A stretch of 34,836 nucleotides of DNA, from positions 1-34,836 of the forward strand of contig DASVED010000313.1 of NCBI GenBank assembly GCA_036380775.1. The letters run 5' to 3'. The DNA is from Actinomycetes bacterium. Its GTDB lineage: Bacteria > Actinomycetota > Actinomycetes > JACCUZ01. The notes below the pieces were generated by a model. That model was given only the letters and a program-made list of their open reading frames with translations. It ran no database searches and was not told where the DNA came from. Of the stretch, positions 1 through 7,968 are shown piece after piece (within the stretch, counting starts at the first letter, position 1; each line of letters begins with the position of its first letter). The position numbers and the translations under genes were made by a program.

Positions 1-1059
1 GATGACGCCGACGATCCCGTTGCGCGGCAACGAGAACGAGAGGTTCTCGATGAGGAGCCGGTCGCCGAAGCCCTTGGTCAGCTTGTCGGTCTCGACGACG
101 ACGCTGCCAAGGCGGGGTCCCGGCGGGATCTGGATCTCCTCGAAGTCCAGCTTGCGGGTCTTCTCCGCCTCCGCGGCCATCTCCTCGTACCGCTCGAGGC
201 GGGCCTTGCTCTTGGTCTGGCGGGCCTTCGCGTTGGACCGCACCCAGTCCAGCTCGTCCTTGAGCCGCTTGGCGCGCTTGACGTCCTTCTGCCCCTCGAC
301 CTTGAGCCGGGACTGCTTGGTCTCGAGGTAGGTCGAGTAGTTGCCCTCGTAGGGGTAGGCGCGCCCACGGTCGAGCTCGAGGATCCACTGCGCCACGTTG
401 TCGAGGAAGTAGCGATCGTGAGTCACAGCGACGACGGTGCCGGCGTACTTCTCCAGGTGGCTCTCCAGCCACTGCACGCTCTCGGCGTCCAGGTGGTTGG
501 TGGGCTCGTCCAGCAGCAGCAGGTCGGGCTGGCTGAGCAGCAGCTTGCACAGGGCCACGCGACGGCGCTCTCCACCGGAGAGGATCGACACGTCGGCGTC
601 CGGCGGGGGACAGCGCAGCGCGTCCATCGCCTGCTCGAGCTGGGAGTCGAGGTCCCACGCGTCGGCGTGGTCGATCTCCTCCTGCAGCTTGCCCATCTCC
701 GTCATCAGCTCGTCGCTGTAGTCGGTGGCCATCTGCTCGGCGATCGCGTTGAAGCGGTCGACCTTGCCCTTGATCTCGGCCATGCCCTCCTCGACGTTGC
801 CCAGCACGTCCTTGCTCTCGTCGAGCTGGGGCTCCTGCTCGAGGATGCCGACGGTGTAGCCCGGGGAGAGGAACGCGTCCCCGTTGGACGGCTGGTCGAG
901 CCCGGCCATGATCTTGAGGACCGTGGACTTCCCGGCGCCGTTGGGGCCGACGACCCCGATCTTCGCGCCGGGGTACATCGACAGCGTCACGTCGTCGAGG
1001 ATCAGCTTGTCGCCGTGCGCCTTGCGCGCCTTGCGCATCGTGTAGATGAACTCAGCCAA
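1..1059 (-). CDS. ettA: ABC-F ATPase EttA (energy-dependent translational throttle), N-terminal 353 codons; the 3' end runs off the left edge
   Basis: Absent from the ORF track because there is no stop in the window. My minus-strand translation from TTG 1059 reads MAEFIYTMRKARKAHGDKLILDDVTLSMYPGAKIGVVGPNGAGKST...ILSGGERRRVALCKLLLSQPDLLLLDEPTNHLD...VTHDRYFLDNV. It shows Walker A, the ABC signature LSGGE (rc of 568-582), Walker B and the EttA-type N-terminus. An in-frame ATG at 1083 is an alternative start. Confidence 0.9.
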   Translation of the reverse strand, partial: MAEFIYTMRKARKAHGDKLILDDVTLSMYPGAKIGVVGPNGAGKSTVLKIMAGLDQPSNGDAFLSPGYTVGILEQEPQLDESKDVLGNVEEGMAEIKGKVDRFNAIAEQMATDYSDELMTEMGKLQEEIDHADAWDLDSQLEQAMDALRCPPPDADVSILSGGERRRVALCKLLLSQPDLLLLDEPTNHLDAESVQWLESHLEKYAGTVVAVTHDRYFLDNVAQWILELDRGRAYPYEGNYSTYLETKQSRLKVEGQKDVKRAKRLKDELDWVRSNAKARQTKSKARLERYEEMAAEAEKTRKLDFEEIQIPPGPRLGSVVVETDKLTKGFGDRLLIENLSFSLPRNGIVGVI

Positions 1060-1610
1060 GGGGAACCGTCCGCCGTCCGTCATCAGTGCAGGTCTGGGTC
1101 CTCCATCCTGCCTCAGCGTCGGGGGTGCGGTCACATCGCGCTTCGGCGCGCGCGGGGGCACGGGTCGGCTCGCTCAGTGTCGGCGGTAGGCTCCGCCCGG
1201 CTTGACCCGGGCGAGTCCCCAGGCGAGCAGCACCGCGCCGGTGAATGTGGCCCGGAAGGCCAGGACCGGTCCTCGTTCCGCGTTCAGGTCGTTCTGTGCG
1301 GCATCGCCGGAGCGCTTCCGCGGCAACGAGGGCTGACCTGTATCGGTCCCGCTGCTGCCGCCGGGCCCGACGCGGCGGCGTCGACACTCGTGATCGACAA
1401 CGGCGTCCCGTCCGCCGCGTCACGGGACGCTTGCGAGTCGGCGCGGCCTGCTGCCCGGCGGCCGTGCCATTGGTACGAGTGTCTCCTCGCCGGTGGACTT
1501 GACCGGCAGGACGATAGGTCCTGGATCCCACCGCTGGCGGGTGGGAGGTTCCCTTCGAACGAGCGCCCGGCTCCTGCCCAGGACCCGCTGTGGCCGGCGG
1601 TCGTGGGGGG

Positions 1611-1970
1611 TCACGCGGCGAGACCGTTCTCCCGCATGCTCGGCGACGCGGTGGTCGGCGACACGGTGGTCGGTGGGGCGGACTCCGAGCCCACCATCCG
1701 ACGACTCGAGACGGCACCGGCCTCATCGCCGCCGTGTCCGCCGGTGGCGAGAACGGACGAGCTCAGCACGGCGACAACGGCGGCGATGCCCGCGACAGGC
1801 ACCCAGACGGGCGCCCGGCCACTTTGTCGATGCCGCCGAGTGGACCAGAAGGGGCGCGGCCTCGCCGCGGAGCGGTGTGCCCAGGTCCTGGGGTCTCCCG
1901 CACCGAGGCGCCCACGTCCGGTACGCCGAGAGAGTCCGGTCACTCGACGACATCTCCCCGGACACGGCAT
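1611..1970 (-). CDS. Questionable ORF with one hydrophobic helix (VWVPVAGIAAVVAVLSSSVLATGG); possibly a fragment of a decayed gene
   Basis: Track ORF of 119 aa. Third-position G/C is clearly lower than in neighbouring genes. The N-terminal third looks better in another frame (ATG 1953). The frame stays open beyond its TGA. See findings. Confidence 0.2.
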   Translation of the reverse strand: MPCPGRCRRVTGLSRRTGRGRLGAGDPRTWAHRSAARPRPFWSTRRHRQSGRAPVWVPVAGIAAVVAVLSSSVLATGGHGGDEAGAVSSRRMVGSESAPPTTVSPTTASPSMRENGLAA

Positions 1971-2009
1971 ATCGGTGTAGATGCGGCGGCTTGCTACCTG
2001 GCCGTGCCG

Positions 2010-2864
2010 TTACCTGCCTACGGGAGCGCCCTGCGGCGCGTTGTCCCGCTGGTCTGGAACGTCGCCCTGCTGTAGCGCTGCCATGGCCTCGATCATGTGA
2101 GCGAACTCCTCGGAGTTCGGCGGCATGAAGGGTTCGGCGTCGGGGACCGTCTCGAGGATCTTCAAGAACTCCTCCATCGACGTCCCGCTCGCTGCGGGCA
2201 GGTGTGACGAGAAGATCCGAGTCGGCTGAATCTGGCGAACCCGGTCGAGGACTTCCCCAAACTTCGCCCGATCCGTCACATGCGCCCACGGCGAGTCGCT
2301 GGTGGCCCACCCCACCATTCCACCGGCGAGCGCTTCCGGCGGCACGTCTGCTGCATCCTGGGTCGCCTCGGGCAGGATCGCTCCGAAGGAGTCCACCGAG
2401 AAGAACGCACCCGTCGAGCGGTCCAGCAGCCCGGTCGACATCGGGTTGTCGAACAGCGGTGGCGCCACGGCGGTCAGGGTCCGATCGCCGACGTGGATCT
2501 CATCGCCGAAGCGGATGGCGTGCACCCGGTCGAGGGGCACCGGCCACCAGGTGCTCATCCGCAGGGCACTCATGGCGTGGGTGACAAGCCGGGCCTTCGG
2601 CGCCAGCTCCATCACACGCCGGATGCTGCCGGTGTGGTCGGCGTCATCGTGGGTCAGCCAGATCCATTTCAGCTGCTTCAGATCGATGACGGAGCTCACG
2701 GCGGCAACGAAGTCCTCGGTGTCGACACCGATGCCGGTGTCGATCAGCACCGGCTCCTGGGCCATTAAGAGGTAGGCGTTGATGGGCAGCACGCCCACGC
2801 CCGGCAATGGCAGGTTCGCCGGGAACACGTGAACGTCAGGTGCACCCTGGTACGAAGCGTCCAA
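2010..2864 (-). CDS. MBL-fold metallo-hydrolase
   Basis: 284-aa ORF with WLTHDDADHTG (HxHxDH-type metal motif, first His replaced by Asp). TTG start preceded by GGAGG 7 nt upstream. Strong G/C at third positions. Confidence 0.8.
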   Translation of the reverse strand: MDASYQGAPDVHVFPANLPLPGVGVLPINAYLLMAQEPVLIDTGIGVDTEDFVAAVSSVIDLKQLKWIWLTHDDADHTGSIRRVMELAPKARLVTHAMSALRMSTWWPVPLDRVHAIRFGDEIHVGDRTLTAVAPPLFDNPMSTGLLDRSTGAFFSVDSFGAILPEATQDAADVPPEALAGGMVGWATSDSPWAHVTDRAKFGEVLDRVRQIQPTRIFSSHLPAASGTSMEEFLKILETVPDAEPFMPPNSEEFAHMIEAMAALQQGDVPDQRDNAPQGAPVGR

Positions 2865-3105
2865 GCGAGGCCTCCAGAAGCCCGTTCAGCCCGTCCTGCG
2901 CGAGCCGTTCCTCGGTTGTAGCACCGACCCCGGATCTCGTAAAGCGGTTCAGCCGCCAGCCCATTGCAGCCTTGGGGGGCCTCCGCCCAGGGAACTTTTC
3001 TCGAGGTGGGCCGAGCCCTCTGCGGCTCGAGGCTTCTCCACGTGGGGTCGCGCCCGGGCCGGCCGCACCGGGGGAGGGAGCGGCGGCGGCCCGGGCGCGA
3101 GCTCA

Positions 3106-3573
3106 TCAGGCGGCGCTGGGCGAACTCCGTGTCTCCGGGTTCTCCAGGTCGCCGGTCCCGCCGTCGCCGCCGGCCTCCACAGGAACCTCCTCGAGCACCA
3201 CCTCGGGCCGCGGCGGGGTGGCCTTCGTGAACCTGCTGACACCACGGGACAGGTCGTGCCCGACAGCGTGCGCCTCGATCTCGAAGACGGTGTGGCTGAC
3301 GCCCTCCTTCTCGTAGGTGCCGTCGCGCAACCGTCCCTGGACAAGGACCGGCTCACCTTTCTTCAGCGAGTCCAGGACGTTCTCGCCGATCAGGCGCCAG
3401 CAGGTCACCGTGAAGAAGATGGTGTCGCCGTCGCGCCACCCGTTGAGCGACTTGTCGAAGCGTCGCTCGGTCGTCGCCAGCCGGAAGCTCACGACCCGCG
3501 TCCCGGCTGCCGTCACACGCAGCTTCGGCTCCTGCGCGACGTACCCCGTCACCGTCAGGACTGTCTCGTTCAC
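3106..3573 (-). CDS. ssb: Single-stranded DNA-binding protein paralogue (OB fold, no canonical acidic DDIPF tail)
   Basis: MNETVLTVTGYVAQEPKLRVTAAGTRVVSFRLATTERRFDK...WRDGDTIFFTVTCWRLIGENVLDSLKKGEPVLVQGRL is a typical SSB OB-fold pattern. GTG start with GAGGAGG upstream. Its position next to ettA matches the mycobacterial Rv2477c/Rv2478c arrangement. Confidence 0.85.
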   Translation of the reverse strand: MNETVLTVTGYVAQEPKLRVTAAGTRVVSFRLATTERRFDKSLNGWRDGDTIFFTVTCWRLIGENVLDSLKKGEPVLVQGRLRDGTYEKEGVSHTVFEIEAHAVGHDLSRGVSRFTKATPPRPEVVLEEVPVEAGGDGGTGDLENPETRSSPSAA

Positions 3574-3753
3574 CCTCTCGCCTCCTCGTCACGGCAGTGA
3601 CTCGCGCCGCCGCATCTCGTCGCGGCCCTCCGCCGCTCCCTGCCGACGACGATGGAGCAGCCTCGGCGCGCGCAACAGCGCGCTGGACGCATCTGTGGAC
3701 GTCCAGGGAGCGATCGTCGGCTGTGGACGGCGCCGACCCGCCGGCAGCGCGGC

Positions 3754-4485
3754 TCAGCCGGTGCGGGCGCGGTCCAGGGCCTCGCGCGCGCGGTGGTGGC
3801 GGGCCAGCTCGGCCTCGACGGGCGCGAGCATCAGCGACGTCGCCACCTCCTCGATGGCCGAGCGCAGCCGCGACTCGGCCCGCCGTCGGCGCACCACCGC
3901 GGCGCCGGCGGCCAGCGTCCGGCCCACCGTCGCCAGCAGGAGGCCGAGCAGGACGCCGCCCACCAGCAGCAGGGTCGGAACCGGGATGCCCCAGACGTCG
4001 GGCGTCGGCGGGTCGGGCAACCGCAGGTAGGACCCGAACGCCAGGAGCAGCAGCCACCCGGCGCCGACCAGGGCTGCCACCACGAGCAGCCACTGCAGGA
4101 CCGCCGCGGCGCGCCACCAGAGCGGCGTGCGATCGACGCCGAGGTCGGTTCCGACGACGGCGCGGTCGAGAGCATCCCGTACGTCGCCGGAGGACCCCTG
4201 CGCAGCAGCCCGCACCGACCTCTGCCACGGCTCTGGCAGTCCGTCGGCGGCTGCGTCGCACACCTGTCGCAGTGCGGTGTCGACCTGTGCCCGCTGGACG
4301 GGACTGGGCTCGGGGACCGACGAGCGCACCATGCCTCGCACCTCGCGCCGCTCCCCGGGCCGCAGGTGGAGCCGGCGCAACGGGTCGGGGCGCAGCCTGC
4401 GCACCCAGCGGGTCGGCGGCCACCCCAGCGACCCGCCGGCGCGCAGCCGCCACGAGTCCTCGACCGCCTTGCCGATCGTCGGCAC
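3754..4485 (-). CDS. C-terminal part of dynamin-like GTPase 2 (two-helix membrane hairpin plus coiled C-terminus)
   Basis: Track ORF. Same frame as 4633..5484. Coding signal continues upstream through 4486-4632 to an in-frame TAG at 4633-4635. TM segments are LWWRAAAVLQWLLVVAALVGAGWLLLLAF and IPVPTLLLVGGVLLGLLLATVG. Confidence 0.75.
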   Translation of the reverse strand: MPTIGKAVEDSWRLRAGGSLGWPPTRWVRRLRPDPLRRLHLRPGERREVRGMVRSSVPEPSPVQRAQVDTALRQVCDAAADGLPEPWQRSVRAAAQGSSGDVRDALDRAVVGTDLGVDRTPLWWRAAAVLQWLLVVAALVGAGWLLLLAFGSYLRLPDPPTPDVWGIPVPTLLLVGGVLLGLLLATVGRTLAAGAAVVRRRRAESRLRSAIEEVATSLMLAPVEAELARHHRAREALDRARTG

Positions 4486-4632
4486 CCCCGCGGCCGACGC
4501 CAGGGCCTCGACCAGACGGGCGCGCTCCCCTGCCCCGACACCTCGTGGGTCGTCGACCGAGACCGCGGGCGTGAGTTCCTCGATCGCGTGCTCGACGTCG
4601 GCGACCAGCCGGTCGTTGCGCGCCCGGCGGCG

Positions 4633-5421
4633 CTAGACCGCGTCGGCAAGCAGCGAGCGCAGTCCGTCCAGCCCGGCGCCGGTGCGCACCGAGGTGGTCA
4701 TCACCGGCGACCTGCGCAGGCCGTCGTCGTCGAGCAGGCGTCGCAGGTCCTCGGCACACTCCGCCGCGGCGAACGGGTTCACCGTGTCGACCTGGTTGAG
4801 CACCACCACCATGACCGCCGAGTGCCCCGCCAGCCGGCGCAGGTAGCGCTCGTGCAGCACCTGGTCTGCGTACTTCTGCGGGTCGACCACCCACACCAGC
4901 AGGTCCACCAGCTCCACCAGCCGGTCGACCTCGAGCTGGTGCTCCATCACCGTCGAGTCGTGGTCGGGCAGGTCGAGCAGCACCAGGCCCTCGAGCTCGT
5001 CCTCGGCGCGCGACTCGCCGACCGGAACCGTGCCCGATGTGTCGCCGGAGCCGTGCCGCCACGAGGTCTGCCGCCGCGGGACACCCAGCCACTGCACGAG
5101 CGCGGTCGCGCCCTCGGACCCCCAGACGCAGGCATAGGCCTTCGACGTCGTCGGGCGGCGTACGCCCACCGGTGACAGCTCATCGCCCGCGAGCGCGTTG
5201 AAGAGCGAGGACTTGCCGCTGCCCGTCGAGCCGGCGAGTGCCACCACGGTGTGCTCTCCGGAGAGCCGCAGCCGCTCGCCGGCCCGATCGGCGACGGCCC
5301 GCGCCCTCAGCAGGGCTCCGGTGTTCGCCCGGCCGTCAAGCGTGTTGACCGCCTCGTCCAGCGCCGAGAGCATCGCCGGAAGGTCGGCGCGGCGATGGCG
5401 TCCCCTCAGCCGCGGGCTCAC
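4633..5421 (-). CDS. N-terminal GTPase domain of dynamin-like GTPase 2 (ends at in-frame TAG)
   Basis: P-loop GSTGSGKSSLFNAL, LLDLPDHDS (G3-like), VLNQVD (G4-like). The likely start is GTG 5421, 7 nt after the upstream gene's stop. The track's 5484 start would overlap the upstream gene. Confidence 0.8.
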   Translation of the reverse strand: MSPRLRGRHRRADLPAMLSALDEAVNTLDGRANTGALLRARAVADRAGERLRLSGEHTVVALAGSTGSGKSSLFNALAGDELSPVGVRRPTTSKAYACVWGSEGATALVQWLGVPRRQTSWRHGSGDTSGTVPVGESRAEDELEGLVLLDLPDHDSTVMEHQLEVDRLVELVDLLVWVVDPQKYADQVLHERYLRRLAGHSAVMVVVLNQVDTVNPFAAAECAEDLRRLLDDDGLRRSPVMTTSVRTGAGLDGLRSLLADAV

Positions 5422-5428
5422 GGAGTGG

Positions 5429-7138
5429 TCACCGGCGCACGTCCTCGATCTCCTGGACGGCACTGCGCAGCGCCGTACCCGCACCCTCGAGAACGGAGGC
5501 CTGCTCCAGGCGCACGGTGAACCGCCGGCGCTCCCCCTCGAGCAGCTCCTCGACGCGCCGCCGCAGGTCGGTCCGCGCCTTCTCGGCCAACGAGCGAACC
5601 GCCTGGTCGCCCAGCACCGCCTCGAGGATCTTCTGGCTCAGGGCCGACGCCCCTCCCGCGACGGCGACCTCGCCGGCCACCAGGCCGCCGGTGTGCGCGA
5701 AGACCACGATCATCACCATCAGTCCGAGCCCGTTGACACCGAACGCCAGGTACCGCGCGGTCCGCCTCTTGCCGTGACCCTGGTCGCGGACCATGTCGAG
5801 CACGAACCCCTGCCAGTCGCGGACGGCACGTGCCGTCTGCTCCTTGAGCTCCGGGGAGCTCCGGCGCAGGTCCTCGCCGCCGGCGAGCAGCGCCGAGCCG
5901 GCGGGGTCCTCCCGCCAGGCGCCTGCGGTCCGCTCGGCGGCCTCGTCGGCCGACGACTGCACGAGCGCCTCGACCCCTGACTCGAGGGCCTCCGCCAGGT
6001 CGGCCCCGGGACCCGGCTTGCCCTGCACGACGGCCGTCACGCGGTCGCGGACCCGGCCGATCTTCGACTCGAGGGAGCGCATCAGCTCGCCGGTGCCGAC
6101 GAACTCCTGCCAGCGAGCCATCACCTCGCCACGGAGGAGTGACCCGTCACCGCTGGCGGTGTCGACGTGAGCCACCGCGTCGTCGTACGCCGCGTCGACC
6201 TCGCGACGCAGCCGCAGGACCGTCTCCGCCTGCGCGTCGGCCGCCGCCGCCAGCTCGAAGACGCGCGCGCCGAGGGAACGGACCGCGCCGTCGAGGGTGT
6301 GTCGCACCACCGCGCCCTTGAGCGACGAGTCGGCAGCCAGCCCGTGCAGCCAGCTGCGGATCGGCTCGACGGCCTCGGCGGGCAGCACCGCGTCGTACGA
6401 CGTCGTCTCAGGGACGACGAAGAGCGGTGCGCCACCCAGCCCCTGCTCCGTGAGCATCGCCGCCAGGTGGGTGCGTACCTCCTCGGTCGCCTCCGGCGGC
6501 ACGCGGTCGAGGACGATCGCCACCGCGGTTCCGCGGGTGACCGCGGACCGCAGGAACTCCCACGGCACCGCGTCGGCGTAGCGTGCGGCCGTCGTGACGA
6601 ACAGCCACATGTCGGCCGCGGCGAGCAGCTGCGTGGCGAGCTCGCGGTTGCGGGTGACGACCGAGTCGATGTCGGGCGCGTCGAGGAGGGCGAGCCCGGC
6701 GGGGATGTTCTCGCTGGGCGCGAGCCGCAGAGCCGTCGGGTCGTTGCCGCCGTCGCCGGTGGTGCGGGCGAGCCCCGGCAGGATGCGCGCGTCCTCGAAC
6801 CAGCTGTTGTCGCGCGGGTTGTACGCGAGGACAGCTGACCGGGTCGTCGGCCGCAGAACCCCGGCCGCGCTGACCCGCACACCGACCAGCGTGTTGACGA
6901 GGGTGGACTTTCCGGCCCCCGTCGGCCCGCCGACCACCGCGAGCAGCGGAGCATCGATGCGACGCAGACGCGGCAGCACGTAGTCGTCGAGCTGGTCGGC
7001 GATCTCCTGGCGCAGCTGGCGGGCCTTTGCTGCGCCGGGTGCGTCCAGCGGCAGGCGCAGCTCGGCGACCTGCTCGCCCAGCCCTTCGAGGGCGGCGAGC
7101 AGCGCAGCAGTGTCCGCGCCGGGAGCCATGGCGGTCAT
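5429..7138 (-). CDS. Dynamin-like / YfjP-type GTPase 1 with C-terminal hydrophobic hairpin
   Basis: The real start is MTAMAPGADTAALLAALEGL (ATG 7138; the alternative ATG 7129 has GAGGA 7-8 nt upstream). The track ORF extends spuriously to 7726. P-loop GGPTGAGKSTLVN, LLDAPDIDS, hydrophobic YLAFGVNGLGLMVMIVVFAHTGGLVAGEVAVAGG. Confidence 0.85.
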   Translation of the reverse strand: MTAMAPGADTAALLAALEGLGEQVAELRLPLDAPGAAKARQLRQEIADQLDDYVLPRLRRIDAPLLAVVGGPTGAGKSTLVNTLVGVRVSAAGVLRPTTRSAVLAYNPRDNSWFEDARILPGLARTTGDGGNDPTALRLAPSENIPAGLALLDAPDIDSVVTRNRELATQLLAAADMWLFVTTAARYADAVPWEFLRSAVTRGTAVAIVLDRVPPEATEEVRTHLAAMLTEQGLGGAPLFVVPETTSYDAVLPAEAVEPIRSWLHGLAADSSLKGAVVRHTLDGAVRSLGARVFELAAAADAQAETVLRLRREVDAAYDDAVAHVDTASGDGSLLRGEVMARWQEFVGTGELMRSLESKIGRVRDRVTAVVQGKPGPGADLAEALESGVEALVQSSADEAAERTAGAWREDPAGSALLAGGEDLRRSSPELKEQTARAVRDWQGFVLDMVRDQGHGKRRTARYLAFGVNGLGLMVMIVVFAHTGGLVAGEVAVAGGASALSQKILEAVLGDQAVRSLAEKARTDLRRRVEELLEGERRRFTVRLEQASVLEGAGTALRSAVQEIEDVRR

Positions 7139-7150
7139 CCTCGCGTAGAT

Positions 7151-7189
7151 CCACGCCGCACGGGGCGCAACGCGGCCCGTGCGGCGTGG
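7151..7189 (-). terminator. GC-rich hairpin (14-bp perfect stem) between the membrane-protein gene and GTPase 1
   Basis: CCACGCCGCACGGG (7151-7164) pairs perfectly with CCCGTGCGGCGTGG (7176-7189). It sits 33 nt downstream of the stop at 7222. There is no clear U-tract, so it may be a terminator or an attenuator. Confidence 0.45.
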
Positions 7190-7221
7190 TCGGCGGGATG
7201 CGGGAGCGAATGCTCCTGTGG

Positions 7222-7968
7222 TCAGTCGGGGACGCCGGACTCCCACTCGGTGTCGGAGGCGTACAGGATGCGCAGCCCGATCACTACGGTGGCCACTGCG
7301 ATCAGTCCGGTACCGATCGCGGCGCCGGCGAAGTGCTGCGCGCCGGCGAGGAACACCACCCAGCCGACGGTCATCGCCGCGGGGGCGACGCGGCTCCCGA
7401 AGCCCGCTCGGCGCACGGCCAGGGCGAGCAGGACGGTGCCGAGCATCGTGCCGAACATCGACGGCAGCTGGATGAACATCGGGGCCGCACCGGCAGTGGA
7501 GCCCGCGGCCTCGTAGACCTCGACTGCCTGGTCCATGGGCAGCGTGGTCGCGAGGGCGAGGTCGTAGTAGTCGACCGCCATCAGGCCGGACAGCCCCGAG
7601 CCCAGAACGGCCAGGACCAGTCCCAGGTTGCTCAGCGACCGCGAGCCACGGCGGGACAGGTAGGCCATGCCGAACGATGCGGGAACGAGCAGCAGGAAGC
7701 CGTAGTGGAGGACGACGGCTGCCCACCGGATCGCGTCGGGGTGCTCAAGGTTGGACCGCAGGTAGCCCTCACTGCCGACTCCGTCGAACGGGATCATCAG
7801 GATGCTGACGAACACCAGCAGTCCGGACAGGAACGCCGAGACACCGGCGCACTTGCGGTAGAACGACTCCGCGCGCCGGGGGTCCCGCGCGAATCGGCCG
7901 GGCGGGTCGAGCGGCGCGCGCGGGCCCGGGACCTCGATCGTGCGCGGCTGGTGGACCATCAGGGACAT
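7222..7968 (-). CDS. Polytopic membrane protein (about 6 TM), family not recognised
   Basis: ATG 7968 is preceded by GAGGAG 6 nt upstream. Hydrophobic segments recur throughout (GVSAFLSGLLVFVSILMIPF, WAAVVLHYGFLLLVPASFGMAYL, and others). The track ORF's extra 137 N-terminal codons have poor third-position G/C. Confidence 0.8.
   Translation of the reverse strand: MSLMVHQPRTIEVPGPRAPLDPPGRFARDPRRAESFYRKCAGVSAFLSGLLVFVSILMIPFDGVGSEGYLRSNLEHPDAIRWAAVVLHYGFLLLVPASFGMAYLSRRGSRSLSNLGLVLAVLGSGLSGLMAVDYYDLALATTLPMDQAVEVYEAAGSTAGAAPMFIQLPSMFGTMLGTVLLALAVRRAGFGSRVAPAAMTVGWVVFLAGAQHFAGAAIGTGLIAVATVVIGLRILYASDTEWESGVPD

Noticed and set aside
4633-4635. Recoding of the in-frame TAG as pyrrolysine (or of the TGA at 1611-1613 as selenocysteine)
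   Set aside because: No pyl or sel genes or SECIS-like context are visible, and such recoding is not expected in this lineage. A nonsense mutation, sequencing error or low-level readthrough are more economical explanations.
3353-5092. 579-aa minus-strand ORF (and similar giants: 418..1980 +, 3652..5175 +, 22284..24599 -, 28279..30153 -, 24505..25515 -, 26524..27564 -)
   Set aside because: These are Arg/Pro/Gly/Ala-rich low-complexity translations. They overlap, in other frames or antisense, genes with clear motifs (GTPases, RNase J, sulfatase, epimerase, Nei). They are classic shadow ORFs of high-GC DNA.
7139-7726. N-terminal extensions offered by the ORF track (5429..7726; also 8576..9373, 11620..14187, 16594..18063, 22401..24494, 14502..15869, 27441..28214)
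   Set aside because: The extensions overlap upstream genes or tRNAs and translate to Arg/Pro-rich junk. Internal starts with good SD sequences or overlap-coupled junctions give family-typical N-termini.
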